25,449 nt of DNA, from NCBI GenBank assembly GCA_002786505.1, contig PCTK01000057.1, positions 3,242 through 28,690 of the forward strand, read 5' to 3'. Positions within the stretch are counted from its first letter, which is position 1, and each line of letters opens with the position of its first letter. A model generated the notes under the pieces. The model was not told the origin of the DNA, did not search any database, and saw only the letters and a list, made by a program, of their open reading frames with translations. The DNA is from Nitrospinae bacterium CG22_combo_CG10-13_8_21_14_all_47_10 (lineage in GTDB: Bacteria; Nitrospinota; Nitrospinia; Nitrospinales; VA-1). Below are positions 9,578-19,346 of the stretch, piece by piece. The position numbers and the translations under genes are program-made.

Positions 9578-9600
9578 TCCATGGTCCGGTTTCTCATTGG

Positions 9601-11466
9601 TTATGATGACTGACCAGAGGACGCGGGTGAATGTGGATAGAGTTCGAAATATTTCTTGAAGACTTTCCTGGCAATGGGTGCGGCTATGGACCCACCATGC
9701 CCGCCATGCTCAATAATAATGGCCACGGCAATTTCAGGCTTTTCATAAGGAGCAAAAGCAACAAACCAGGCATGATCTCGATATTTTACAGGGATGTCCT
9801 CCTCTTTCTCCAATTCTTCATTGGATTTCATTCGTACAACCTGGGCCGTTCCGGTTTTTCCAGAAACAATTATATTTTTCAACCGGGATCCTTTTCCTGT
9901 CCCCCTCGGGCCATTGACAACATCACGCAAAGCTTTTCGAACCTGTTCAAGGTTATCCGGGTCTATTCGCACCTGATTGACGATATTCGGAAAAAACTCT
10001 TTCTGGATCCTTCCTCCAGGCTCCTCAATACGTTTCACAAGATAAGGTTTGAGCAGAATACCACCATTGGCCACGGCCGCCATCATGCTTACTTGTTGTA
10101 TTGGAGTCACCAGGTTATAGCCCTGACCAATAGACGCAGAAATGGTTTCACCCAGTAGCCAGGGTTCCTTCTTATTCAAAAGTTTCCACTGAGTGGTGGG
10201 AACTAACCCTCTTTTCTCTTGATCCAAACCTAAATGAGTGAGACTGCCCAACCCAAAACGTTTTGCGTATTTCGCAATCGTATCTATGCCCAGCCGATGA
10301 CCAATGGTATAAAAATAAACATCACAGGACTCCACCAGCGCGTCGTGCAAATTCACCAAACCGTGGCCGTTTTTTTTCCAGCACCTGTAAAAACCTCGTC
10401 CTAATTTGAAATGTCCTGGGCAAAAGATGGATGTATCCGGCTTAATCACTCCCTCTTCAAGGCCTGCAAGCGCTGTTATGATTTTGTAAGTAGAACCCGG
10501 AGGATACTGGCCATGAATAGCTCTGTTCTGTAACGGGTGCCACTCATCAGCCACCAATGTATTCCAACTCCCTGGAGTGATGCCCGCCGCAAACTTATTG
10601 GGGTCGTAGGACGGACTGCTGGTCATTGCGATGATCTCTCCGGTCTGCACCTTCATCAACACCACGGAACCAGTCATATTCTGATCCATTTTGCCAGCCA
10701 TGATTTTTTCCAATTCTTGCTGAATCCTAACGTCCAAAGTAAGAATCAGATTATTTCCGCTTTCGGGAGGTAGTTTACGCAGTGCTTTAAGCTCTCTGCC
10801 GGAAACATCCACCTCAACCTCCTTGTAACCTTTTTCTCCCCGCAAAACAGGTTCATATATATTTTCCAAGCCATTTTTTCCAACAAAATCTCCTTGTTTA
10901 TAACTGGGGTCGTTCTGGCTTTCCAGGCTTGCCTTGGAAATCTCTCCCAAATAGCCCAGCGTGTGGGATGCCAGGTTATTGAACACATAATTCCTTAAGG
11001 GTTCAGCCTTAATGTGTATTCCGGGAAGGCTCATATTATTCTCTTCTACAAAAGCGACCTCTTCCCGCAAAATATCCCCTTTAATCAAAACTTCCGTGAA
11101 GGATTTGCTCCGAGCCATTTCCTTTTTCAACTTTTCACGGTCAAAGGAAATTTTTTGAGACAGTTTATCCAGGGAGGAATCCAGGTCGTCCACATCTTCA
11201 GGAGTTAAGTACAAATTGAATGAAGGCCGAATACTAACTAATGTTTCCCCATTCCGGTCCTTAATCATCCCGCGGTTTGCCGGAAGCGTCACCATTCGAA
11301 CCCGGTTGTTTTCTGAAAGCCCTGTCAGGTACTGCCATTTTAAAATCTGCAAATACCAGACACGCATCCAGAGACACAGAAATGAAATCACAGCAAGGAT
11401 GGCGAAGATACGTATCTTCTTTTTAATCACATCATTGGTTTCGGTGCCATGACGAAACAAGGTCAT
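9601..11466 (-). CDS. mrdA: Penicillin-binding protein 2 (elongasome transpeptidase)
   Basis: N-terminal TM anchor, RGMIKDRNG, PGSTYK (SxxK), ESCDVYFY (SxD), GKTGTAQ (KTG), DHAWF. The start is placed at 11466 (ATGA overlap with the mreD stop) rather than 11511. Confidence 0.96.
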   Translation of the reverse strand: MTLFRHGTETNDVIKKKIRIFAILAVISFLCLWMRVWYLQILKWQYLTGLSENNRVRMVTLPANRGMIKDRNGETLVSIRPSFNLYLTPEDVDDLDSSLDKLSQKISFDREKLKKEMARSKSFTEVLIKGDILREEVAFVEENNMSLPGIHIKAEPLRNYVFNNLASHTLGYLGEISKASLESQNDPSYKQGDFVGKNGLENIYEPVLRGEKGYKEVEVDVSGRELKALRKLPPESGNNLILTLDVRIQQELEKIMAGKMDQNMTGSVVLMKVQTGEIIAMTSSPSYDPNKFAAGITPGSWNTLVADEWHPLQNRAIHGQYPPGSTYKIITALAGLEEGVIKPDTSIFCPGHFKLGRGFYRCWKKNGHGLVNLHDALVESCDVYFYTIGHRLGIDTIAKYAKRFGLGSLTHLGLDQEKRGLVPTTQWKLLNKKEPWLLGETISASIGQGYNLVTPIQQVSMMAAVANGGILLKPYLVKRIEEPGGRIQKEFFPNIVNQVRIDPDNLEQVRKALRDVVNGPRGTGKGSRLKNIIVSGKTGTAQVVRMKSNEELEKEEDIPVKYRDHAWFVAFAPYEKPEIAVAIIIEHGGHGGSIAAPIARKVFKKYFELYPHSPASSGQSS

Positions 11467-11981
11467 CTTCTCATTCCCATATGAGGATTGGACATTTTCA
11501 GTTGCAACCAACCATCAATTTTATCCAATACCACAAACATGAAGGGTCCTGTTAATGCGTTGTAAATACTGTAAACCGGTAACGACTGGTATAAAAAACT
11601 GGGAGCGACCTCTCCTTTTAAGACAATTTCCATGGAGAAATAGAATACCAGACCATCAAAAATAGAGGAACAAATTAGAAATATCCCTATAGGTACCACA
11701 CCTTCAACATAAAACTTACCCTTAAGCGTAGAAAAGACATAAGCAATCAGGCCCTTTGAGAGCGTGTTCACTCCCAGCAATCCCCCCGAAAGACTATCCT
11801 GGACAAGCCCCAGAGCAATCCCCGTCCCAATGCCTCCCGTCCGGGAATATCGAATTCCACAATAGACCACCCATACCAGAATCAGATCAGGGGTGACACC
11901 GCCAAATGAAAAAAGTTCCAGCCAGGTAGTCTGGGCGGAAAATAAAAAAACGGCAATCAATACCTGGGAAAAATAAAACAT
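11463..11981 (-). CDS. mreD: Rod shape-determining protein MreD
   Basis: Hydrophobic protein with PDLILVWVVY and GIALGLVQDSLSGGLLGVNTL, lying between mreC and mrdA. The ATG at 11981 is preferred to the TTG at 12005. Confidence 0.9.
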   Translation of the reverse strand: MFYFSQVLIAVFLFSAQTTWLELFSFGGVTPDLILVWVVYCGIRYSRTGGIGTGIALGLVQDSLSGGLLGVNTLSKGLIAYVFSTLKGKFYVEGVVPIGIFLICSSIFDGLVFYFSMEIVLKGEVAPSFLYQSLPVYSIYNALTGPFMFVVLDKIDGWLQLKMSNPHMGMRR

Positions 11982-11988
11982 AAAAAAC

Positions 11989-12798
11989 CTAGGGTAAAAG
12001 AACAAGCACCTCTTCCAGGCGCGACAAATCCGCGCTGGGAGTTAAAGTAATTTCCTGAAACAACCCTTGTTTTTTTCTGGACACCTGGGAGACTTTACCT
12101 ATAACCAGCCCCTTCGGAAAAATCCCCCCAAGCCCTGAAGAAAGTACAGAGTCTCCTACCTTGACATCCGCGGTATTGGGAACAAATTTCATTTGGCATT
12201 CATCTTCTCCCATGCCAACAACAACTCCAGACACTCGGCTATTCTGAAACAGGGCATCCACCGCGCTACGACCATCAACAATCAAAAGCACCTTAGAAGT
12301 GTTGAGACCCACATTAATAACCTGCCCGATCACACCGGCGGCAGTTATCACCGCCAAGTGATCCCGTAGTCCACTTTGCGTCCCCTTGTTAATAATCACC
12401 ACCTTTGACCATTGGGTGGCAGTTCTGCCAATGACCGACGCTACCACAACATTTTTCTCCCAATCGTCCTGATGGGCCATGAGTATGGCCAGACGCTTTT
12501 GGCTGGAGAGATGTTCCGTGAGTTGGTTTTTTTCACTTATAAGCCGCTGGATCTCCAACTTTAGCCGATCATTTTCCCTTGCCACATCGACCAGAAAAAA
12601 ATAATGGGTGATGCTATCGGAAACAGACTGAATGGCTTGAGTAAAAAAACTTTGGAATGGAGAAAGGATGACCCCCGCTATGGAGTCAAGAAAAGTGGCG
12701 CCCTTTTCCTGCTTGACGTTCAAAGTCATCAACGACAAGGAAAACAGCAGAATAGCAGAGACTAGTACAATATTTTTTTTATTTCCCTTTTTGGGCAC
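11989..12798 (-). CDS. mreC: Rod shape-determining protein MreC
   Basis: N-terminal TM helix, coiled coil (ENDRLKLEI), IINKGTQSG, GVIGQV, SKVLLI, SSGLGGIFPKGLVIG, LEEVLV. GTG start 2 nt after the mreB stop. Confidence 0.95.
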   Translation of the reverse strand: MPKKGNKKNIVLVSAILLFSLSLMTLNVKQEKGATFLDSIAGVILSPFQSFFTQAIQSVSDSITHYFFLVDVARENDRLKLEIQRLISEKNQLTEHLSSQKRLAILMAHQDDWEKNVVVASVIGRTATQWSKVVIINKGTQSGLRDHLAVITAAGVIGQVINVGLNTSKVLLIVDGRSAVDALFQNSRVSGVVVGMGEDECQMKFVPNTADVKVGDSVLSSGLGGIFPKGLVIGKVSQVSRKKQGLFQEITLTPSADLSRLEEVLVLLP

Positions 12799-12800
12799 CG

Positions 12801-13823
<1,023 letters not shown>

Positions 13824-13882
13824 TCATATCCCCTCTCACGGATTCCATAAATTACGTAACCTCTTGTTTTTCTTCAAGTTTC

Positions 13883-13911
13883 TTTATAACAAGGGGCTGT
13901 ATAAAATGCAA
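13883..13911 (-). promoter_or_regulatory. Putative sigma70 promoter of the mre operon
   Basis: Minus strand TTGCAT, 17 nt, TATAAA, with an extended -10 TG. Confidence 0.65.
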
Positions 13912-14016
13912 GATAAATCCCGGTACACGATCACCTCATCCTGGCCAGTTAAACGCAATGGGGCATGTTAATCAGAGGGCTTCGCTAGGATTCGTTACCC
14001 ACTCATTAATAATGCC

Positions 14017-14045
14017 TTGCGATTCTCGTGGGCGTTTTATAGTAT
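14017..14045 (+). promoter_or_regulatory. Putative sigma70 promoter of ppiD
   Basis: TTGCGA (14017-14022), 17 nt, TAGTAT (14040-14045). This also supports the ATG at 14083 as the start rather than the TTG at 14017. Confidence 0.5.
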
Positions 14046-14082
14046 AGGTGCCTTCTTTAACCAAGAACCGAGAGAAACATCT

Positions 14083-16014
14083 ATGCTGAGTACGATTCGA
14101 GAACATGCTGACTCCTGGATGATTAAAGCCATTCTGTGGCTGATCATTCTGGCCTTTGTGGGAACTATTTTCTATTCATGGGGCATGGGAGGTGCTTCCA
14201 GTTCGGGAGGAGGAGTCATTGCAACCGTACAAGGAGAAAAAATTTTCCAGGGCGAGTATGAGCGCACCTTTAATAATCTTGTGGAATTTTACCGGCAACA
14301 ATTCAAAAACCAGTTTTCAGACGAGATGATCAAAAAACTCGATTTGAAAACACAGGCCCTGGATGCTTTAATCCAGAAAAAATTATTACTGCAAGAAGCC
14401 GCAAAACAGAATTTGAGAATAAGTGATGCGGAACTAATTTCCCATATCCAGAACTTGCAGGTATTTCAAAGTGACAAAAAGTTCAGCGAAAAAGCCTATC
14501 GGGATTATCTTCAGTTTCAAAGAGTCACTCCTGGGGAGTTTGAAGACAATCAGCGCGAGAATCTGATTTTAAACAAGTTGGAAAAATTGTTTGAAACCAG
14601 TTCTAAAGTTTCACAAAGTGAAATCCTTGATGCCTTTAAAAACGAAGAAGAGAAAGCCAAGCTGGATTACGTGAGATTTAACAGCGACCACTTCCAGGTT
14701 GAAAAAACTTTTACGGAACAAGAAGTGAATGATTTTTTTCAAGCCAACAAAAAGCAATTTGAGATATCGCCGCAAATCCGGGTCGAATATATAAAAATTG
14801 AGCCCAAGACCTACCTTGCCGAAATTGAGCCCAGGGATGAAGATATAGAAGACTATTACCAGACCAAAATCGTGGATTTTCGCGTTAAAAAAATGTATCG
14901 TGCCAGCCATATACTTGCGCACATAAAATCATCTGAAATTGAAGGAGATGCTTCTGCCGAAGAAAAGCAGAAACAGGCTGAAGAAAAAGCAAAAACCCGT
15001 GCCACAGAACTTCTGAAAAAAATAAGGGCAGGAGCTGACTTCGGGGAAGTTGCAAAAAAACATTCCGATGATCCCGGCTCTGGTGCCCAGGGAGGGAGCC
15101 TGGGAGAGTTCCCAAAAGGAACCATGGTCTCTGCTTTTGAGTCCGCCTTGGACAAGTTGAAGGTTGGTGAAATCAGTGAACCCGTTTTAACTCCTTTCGG
15201 TTACCACATCATCAAACTGGAAGACAGCAAAGAGGAACGGATTAAACCCCTTGCGGAGGTGCGGGAAGAAGTCATTCAATCGCTGAAACAAATCAAAGCA
15301 CAACAAAGAGCCAGAAGGACAGCAAAACGAATTAATCAGGAGGCGGAAAAAGATGGCAACCTGAAATCAGCCGCTGAAAAAAACCAGGTTCAGACCACCA
15401 TCACCGGTTTTTTCTCAAGAGAAAACCACAATCTTCCAGAAATTGGAGACCAACCGCAATTCTTTAACACGGCCTTCAGCCTGGAGGAAAACAGGGTCAG
15501 CCAACCTATTCATACCCAGGAAGCATCTTTCATTTTAAAACTGGCTGGAAAAAAAGAGGCCTATATTCCAGAATTGGCCGAAGTCAGAAAACGTGTGGAA
15601 GAAACTCTGGTTGCACGCGTAAATGAGGAACTAACCTCATCCAGGTTCAAGGAACTGGAACAAAAGCTTGCAAAGGAAAAGGACCTGGAAAAAATCATTA
15701 AGGGGATGGATTTGAATGTCCGCCATACCCCATTCTTCAGCATGGAAGACTCTATTCCGGGGATTGGAAATATCAAAGAAATTAAGGAAAAAACTTTCGC
15801 TATGAATGTGGGCGATACCTCTTCCGCAAAAGTGAAAAACCGTTTCTACCTGTTTAAACGAGTGGGAAAAGAAGCCGCTGGCGAACCCGACAAAGAACAA
15901 TCTCAAAAAATTATCAAACGGATCAAACAGGAAAAAAACCGCCAAATATTTCAGGAGTGGGTAGAAAACCTGAAAGGCCGGGCAGAAATCTTGATCGACA
16001 AAACCTTGTTGTGA
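14083..16014 (+). CDS. ppiD: Membrane-anchored periplasmic chaperone / parvulin PPIase (PpiD, SurA_N + rotamase)
   Basis: MLSTIRE-TM helix N-terminus, IATVQGEKI, RASHIL, FGEVAKKHSDDPGS..GGSLG, GEISEPVLTPFGYHIIK. 643 aa from ATG 14083. Confidence 0.9.
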   Translation: MLSTIREHADSWMIKAILWLIILAFVGTIFYSWGMGGASSSGGGVIATVQGEKIFQGEYERTFNNLVEFYRQQFKNQFSDEMIKKLDLKTQALDALIQKKLLLQEAAKQNLRISDAELISHIQNLQVFQSDKKFSEKAYRDYLQFQRVTPGEFEDNQRENLILNKLEKLFETSSKVSQSEILDAFKNEEEKAKLDYVRFNSDHFQVEKTFTEQEVNDFFQANKKQFEISPQIRVEYIKIEPKTYLAEIEPRDEDIEDYYQTKIVDFRVKKMYRASHILAHIKSSEIEGDASAEEKQKQAEEKAKTRATELLKKIRAGADFGEVAKKHSDDPGSGAQGGSLGEFPKGTMVSAFESALDKLKVGEISEPVLTPFGYHIIKLEDSKEERIKPLAEVREEVIQSLKQIKAQQRARRTAKRINQEAEKDGNLKSAAEKNQVQTTITGFFSRENHNLPEIGDQPQFFNTAFSLEENRVSQPIHTQEASFILKLAGKKEAYIPELAEVRKRVEETLVARVNEELTSSRFKELEQKLAKEKDLEKIIKGMDLNVRHTPFFSMEDSIPGIGNIKEIKEKTFAMNVGDTSSAKVKNRFYLFKRVGKEAAGEPDKEQSQKIIKRIKQEKNRQIFQEWVENLKGRAEILIDKTLL

Positions 16015-16066
16015 TTCCAGTCTACAAAAATTCTTTACAACCCGATAAACAAGTTTAACTTTGAGT

Positions 16067-17425
16067 TCAGAGTGTTTTTTGGTACAGGTTGTGAATTTTG
16101 AGAATTTTATTGGTCAATGATTCAATATCCTCAGCAATGACCCGAATCATTTCTTCCTTTCTTATTCCCCCCAGATCGTAAATGATATCCGGCACCGAGC
16201 CATAATCCATAATTGCTTTTTGAGTACCCCATTCCAGGGAAGATCCCTCACGAACCCTTACATTCCTGGGTTCATCTGCCCTGTCAAAAGAAGCGATACG
16301 GAACCGGAGACGTTGACATATTTTCAACAATGTGTCCGTATATTTGATATTCATGACGGCGCGCTTTCCAGGGTCATAACGCATGACCGTTAAAACAATA
16401 TTTGCGACATGGCGGGAACCGCCAAACTCAGGCTCAGCACCGGTGAAAATATCATCCCCGTTTTTGACAATGCGCCCTGGAATGGCGAGGACATCCTCAT
16501 GATTTTTAGCATTTTTCAATGCCAACCCGATATTCGTTTGGACCTCGGGAACCAATGAACCGATTCTTTCTTTTCGAAATAACCGGAGCGCCCGATTCAA
16601 TCCGTCCATAACCTGGGCTTTTTCACTTTCCCTGTACAGTGAGGATAATGGGTCGACACTGGGCTTTCCATTCCCGGAAATCACTTCGCCAAGAATAGCC
16701 CGTCCAATAAAGGCCTTGGCTTCCTGGACTGCAGGCAAGGTCTGTAACCCGGAAGCCAGGCCTGCGGTAATCGCCGATGAAAAAACACAGCCTGTTCCAT
16801 GAGGGTCCGACTCCGATAAGCGCTCTGAGGTTAAAACCTGTAAACCATTATTATCCAGAAAAAGGTCTTCCGGTTTCCCTTTCAGGTGTCCGCCCGTCAA
16901 CACCACTGCCCGAACTCCCAATTTAAGGATTTTGCGTGCCGCACGTTTCATATCGGAGAGTTGGCGAATTTTTACCCCAGATAGTATTTCAGCCTCTCTG
17001 ATATTCGGAGTCACAAGATGTGCCAAAGGGAGCAAGCGTTCCTTCATCATCTCCACTCCCTCTGCGGTGAGCAGTCTTTTCCCTGAAGAAGAGAAAATAA
17101 CAGGATCAACAACCAGGTTTTTAACCCGGTAGCGTTTTAGCAGGGAAGCGATGCGGTCAACGATTTGCTCATTACCCAACATGCCTGTTTTTACAGCCTG
17201 GCATTTACCATCCTCAAAAATAGATTTTAACTGGCTCTCTACAACGCCAACCGGCAAATCATCCACAGCCTGAACTCCCAGGGTATTCTGGGAGGTAACC
17301 GAGGTGATTACTGTTTTGCCAAATACCCCAAAGGCAGAAAATGTTTTAAGGTCCGCTTGAATGCCAGCCCCACCTCCGGAATCCGACCCGGCTATCGTCA
17401 AAGCCACTACAGTTTTATCAGGCAT
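16067..17425 (-). CDS. thiD: HMP/HMP-P kinase (ThiD) fused to a ThiN-type thiamine-phosphate synthase (ThiDN)
   Basis: ThiD motifs TIAGSDSGGGAGIQADLKT, VKTGML, VVDPV, TPNIREA, HGTGC. C-terminal ~180 aa has LVPEVQTNI, IPGRI, PEFGGSRHVA, AVMNIKY, PDIIYDLGG..KE typical of ThiN. Confidence 0.9.
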   Translation of the reverse strand: MPDKTVVALTIAGSDSGGGAGIQADLKTFSAFGVFGKTVITSVTSQNTLGVQAVDDLPVGVVESQLKSIFEDGKCQAVKTGMLGNEQIVDRIASLLKRYRVKNLVVDPVIFSSSGKRLLTAEGVEMMKERLLPLAHLVTPNIREAEILSGVKIRQLSDMKRAARKILKLGVRAVVLTGGHLKGKPEDLFLDNNGLQVLTSERLSESDPHGTGCVFSSAITAGLASGLQTLPAVQEAKAFIGRAILGEVISGNGKPSVDPLSSLYRESEKAQVMDGLNRALRLFRKERIGSLVPEVQTNIGLALKNAKNHEDVLAIPGRIVKNGDDIFTGAEPEFGGSRHVANIVLTVMRYDPGKRAVMNIKYTDTLLKICQRLRFRIASFDRADEPRNVRVREGSSLEWGTQKAIMDYGSVPDIIYDLGGIRKEEMIRVIAEDIESLTNKILKIHNLYQKTL

Positions 17426-17463
17426 AAATAAATCTCTTGAATGTAAGAAAATAAGGAAGGTTT

Positions 17464-17493
17464 AATGTAACAGACCGTCTTGAAACCTGGCAA
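17464..17493 (-). promoter_or_regulatory. Putative internal sigma70 promoter for thiDN
   Basis: Minus strand TTGCCA, 18 nt, TACATT with an extended -10 TG, within the 85-nt glmS-thiDN gap. Confidence 0.5.
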
Positions 17494-17510
17494 TAAAATA
17501 TTGGGAATCT

Positions 17511-19331
17511 TCAGGCAACCGTTACAGATTTGGCAAGGGATCGGGGTTTATCGATATTACGCTTCAGCGAGGTAGCCGTAAAATATGCAAACAACTGCCC
17601 AATGACTAATTGAATCAAGGGAGCTGTCAAAGGTGGCACTTTGGGAAGAATCAGTTCTTCGCTATACAATGCTCCATTTTTTCCCTGCTCGGTGAAATGT
17701 ATTCCCAGAACAAAACCAGACCGGGCGCGAATTTCCTCTATGCTGTGCAGGGTAGCTTCATAAAGCGATTTATCCTCAGGGGGCGGGACAAACACTATTG
17801 AAGACACATCATCATCAATCATAGCCAGTGTTCCGTGCTTTAAAAATCCGCCGGGCATTCCTTCTGCATGGACGTAGGCAACCTCTTTCATTTTCAAAGC
17901 CGCTTCCAAGGCAATGGGATAATAAACTCCCCGCCCAAGATACAGCCAATTACGGGTCCCAGAATATTTATGGGCCAGACGATGAATAAAACCAGACCGT
18001 TCATTCAAAATTCCCTGAATAATTTCGGGAAGCTCCTGTAAAGCCCGCATATGCTGGTTATAGGTTTTTCGAGTGATCGCCTTCTTTTTCAAGGCAAGCT
18101 TCATGGCCAGCACGGTAAGTATCACCATTTGCGACACGGCGGCCTTGGTACTGATCACGCAGATTTCGGGCCCTGAGCCCTGAAGGACCACCTTATCAAC
18201 CAACCGGGCAATGGAAGAACCCATGACATTGACAACAGCCGCTGTCCGGGCTCCTTTGGACTTCGCATATTTCAAGGCCGAAAGAGTATCAAAGGTCTCG
18301 CCTGATTGCGAAGCGGAAAAAACCAGGGACTGCTTGTTTAAATTGGTCAACACCCTGAACTCATCGGAACTGATAGAGGGATAAAACTCCTGGGCTATCT
18401 GCGAAAAAACATATTTGGCATATTTGGCAACGTAAAAAGTAGTTCCCACTCCCAGCAAATAAGAGTTCTTGGATTTTGCAAACAACTCAACTATCTCATC
18501 CAGCCCTGAGGCTTCCAGATCCAACGCATTGGAAATAGTTTGAGGTTGTTCATAAATTTCCTTGAGCATGTAGTGGGGATAACCTCCTTTTCTAGAGGTC
18601 TCGCTGTCCCATTCAATTTTAGTAATGGGTTTGGTGATTTCCTCCCTGCTCAAAAGATTTTTCACGACATACGTGTCCCTGGAAAGTATGGCATATTCCC
18701 CATCATCCAGAATCACGGCATTTTTGGTATGATCAATGAAGGCGCTGAAGTCGGAACCTACAAATTTAATTTCATCGCCTATCCCCAGCATCAGCGGTGA
18801 TTCCCTTCTCGCGCAAAAAATCTGTCCAGGAAGATGGGAGGAAATAAACGCAATCGCATAGGTTCCTTCAATGAGGTTCAGCACCTTCACAAAAGCCTTT
18901 TCAATATCACGGCTACTTTTGTAAAATTTCTCCAGGAGGTGAGCAAGGACTTCGGTATCAGTTTCGGAAGAAAACTTAAAACCTTCCTTTTGCAGTTGAT
19001 CTCTCAAAGGACGAAAATTGGAAATGATCCCATTGTGGACCACAGCAAAATTCCCATCGTTTGAAGCGAAGGGGTGGGTATTATTCTGCGTTACTTTTCC
19101 GTGCGTAGCCCAGCGGGTATGGGCGATACCAATATTACTCTGTAATTGAAGAACATTGTGTTTGCGATAAACATCTTCCACACCACCAACATCCTTTTTG
19201 AGGATGAGGCGCGTTTTGTTCATCAAAGCCACGCCACAAGAATCATAACCCCTGTATTCCAGATTCCTGATTCCTTCAAAAAGAAGCTCAGATATATTTT
19301 TTAATCCAACAGCCCCGTTGATTCCACACAT
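17511..19331 (-). CDS. glmS: Glutamine--fructose-6-phosphate aminotransferase
   Basis: MCGI (catalytic Cys1), EYRGYDS, GIAHTRWATHG, HNGII, TDTE, SQSGET, STKA, ALKMKE, terminal PRSLAKSVTVA. Confidence 0.97.
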   Translation of the reverse strand: MCGINGAVGLKNISELLFEGIRNLEYRGYDSCGVALMNKTRLILKKDVGGVEDVYRKHNVLQLQSNIGIAHTRWATHGKVTQNNTHPFASNDGNFAVVHNGIISNFRPLRDQLQKEGFKFSSETDTEVLAHLLEKFYKSSRDIEKAFVKVLNLIEGTYAIAFISSHLPGQIFCARRESPLMLGIGDEIKFVGSDFSAFIDHTKNAVILDDGEYAILSRDTYVVKNLLSREEITKPITKIEWDSETSRKGGYPHYMLKEIYEQPQTISNALDLEASGLDEIVELFAKSKNSYLLGVGTTFYVAKYAKYVFSQIAQEFYPSISSDEFRVLTNLNKQSLVFSASQSGETFDTLSALKYAKSKGARTAAVVNVMGSSIARLVDKVVLQGSGPEICVISTKAAVSQMVILTVLAMKLALKKKAITRKTYNQHMRALQELPEIIQGILNERSGFIHRLAHKYSGTRNWLYLGRGVYYPIALEAALKMKEVAYVHAEGMPGGFLKHGTLAMIDDDVSSIVFVPPPEDKSLYEATLHSIEEIRARSGFVLGIHFTEQGKNGALYSEELILPKVPPLTAPLIQLVIGQLFAYFTATSLKRNIDKPRSLAKSVTVA

Positions 19332-19346
19332 ACTTATTTCGACCTG

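Noticed and set aside
17426-17510. TPP riboswitch upstream of thiDN
   Set aside because: No CTGAGA or GAACCTGA...AGGGA elements, and the leader is too short.
17511-17530. GlmS ending SVTVA instead of SVTVE
   Set aside because: The catalytic Lys (LAKSV) and all other motifs are intact. A single terminal change is too weak to interpret, though worth noting if a GlmS-binding regulator is confirmed.
19332-19346. glmS ribozyme
   Set aside because: Only 15 nt separate glmS from the upstream gene, and no ribozyme core is visible.
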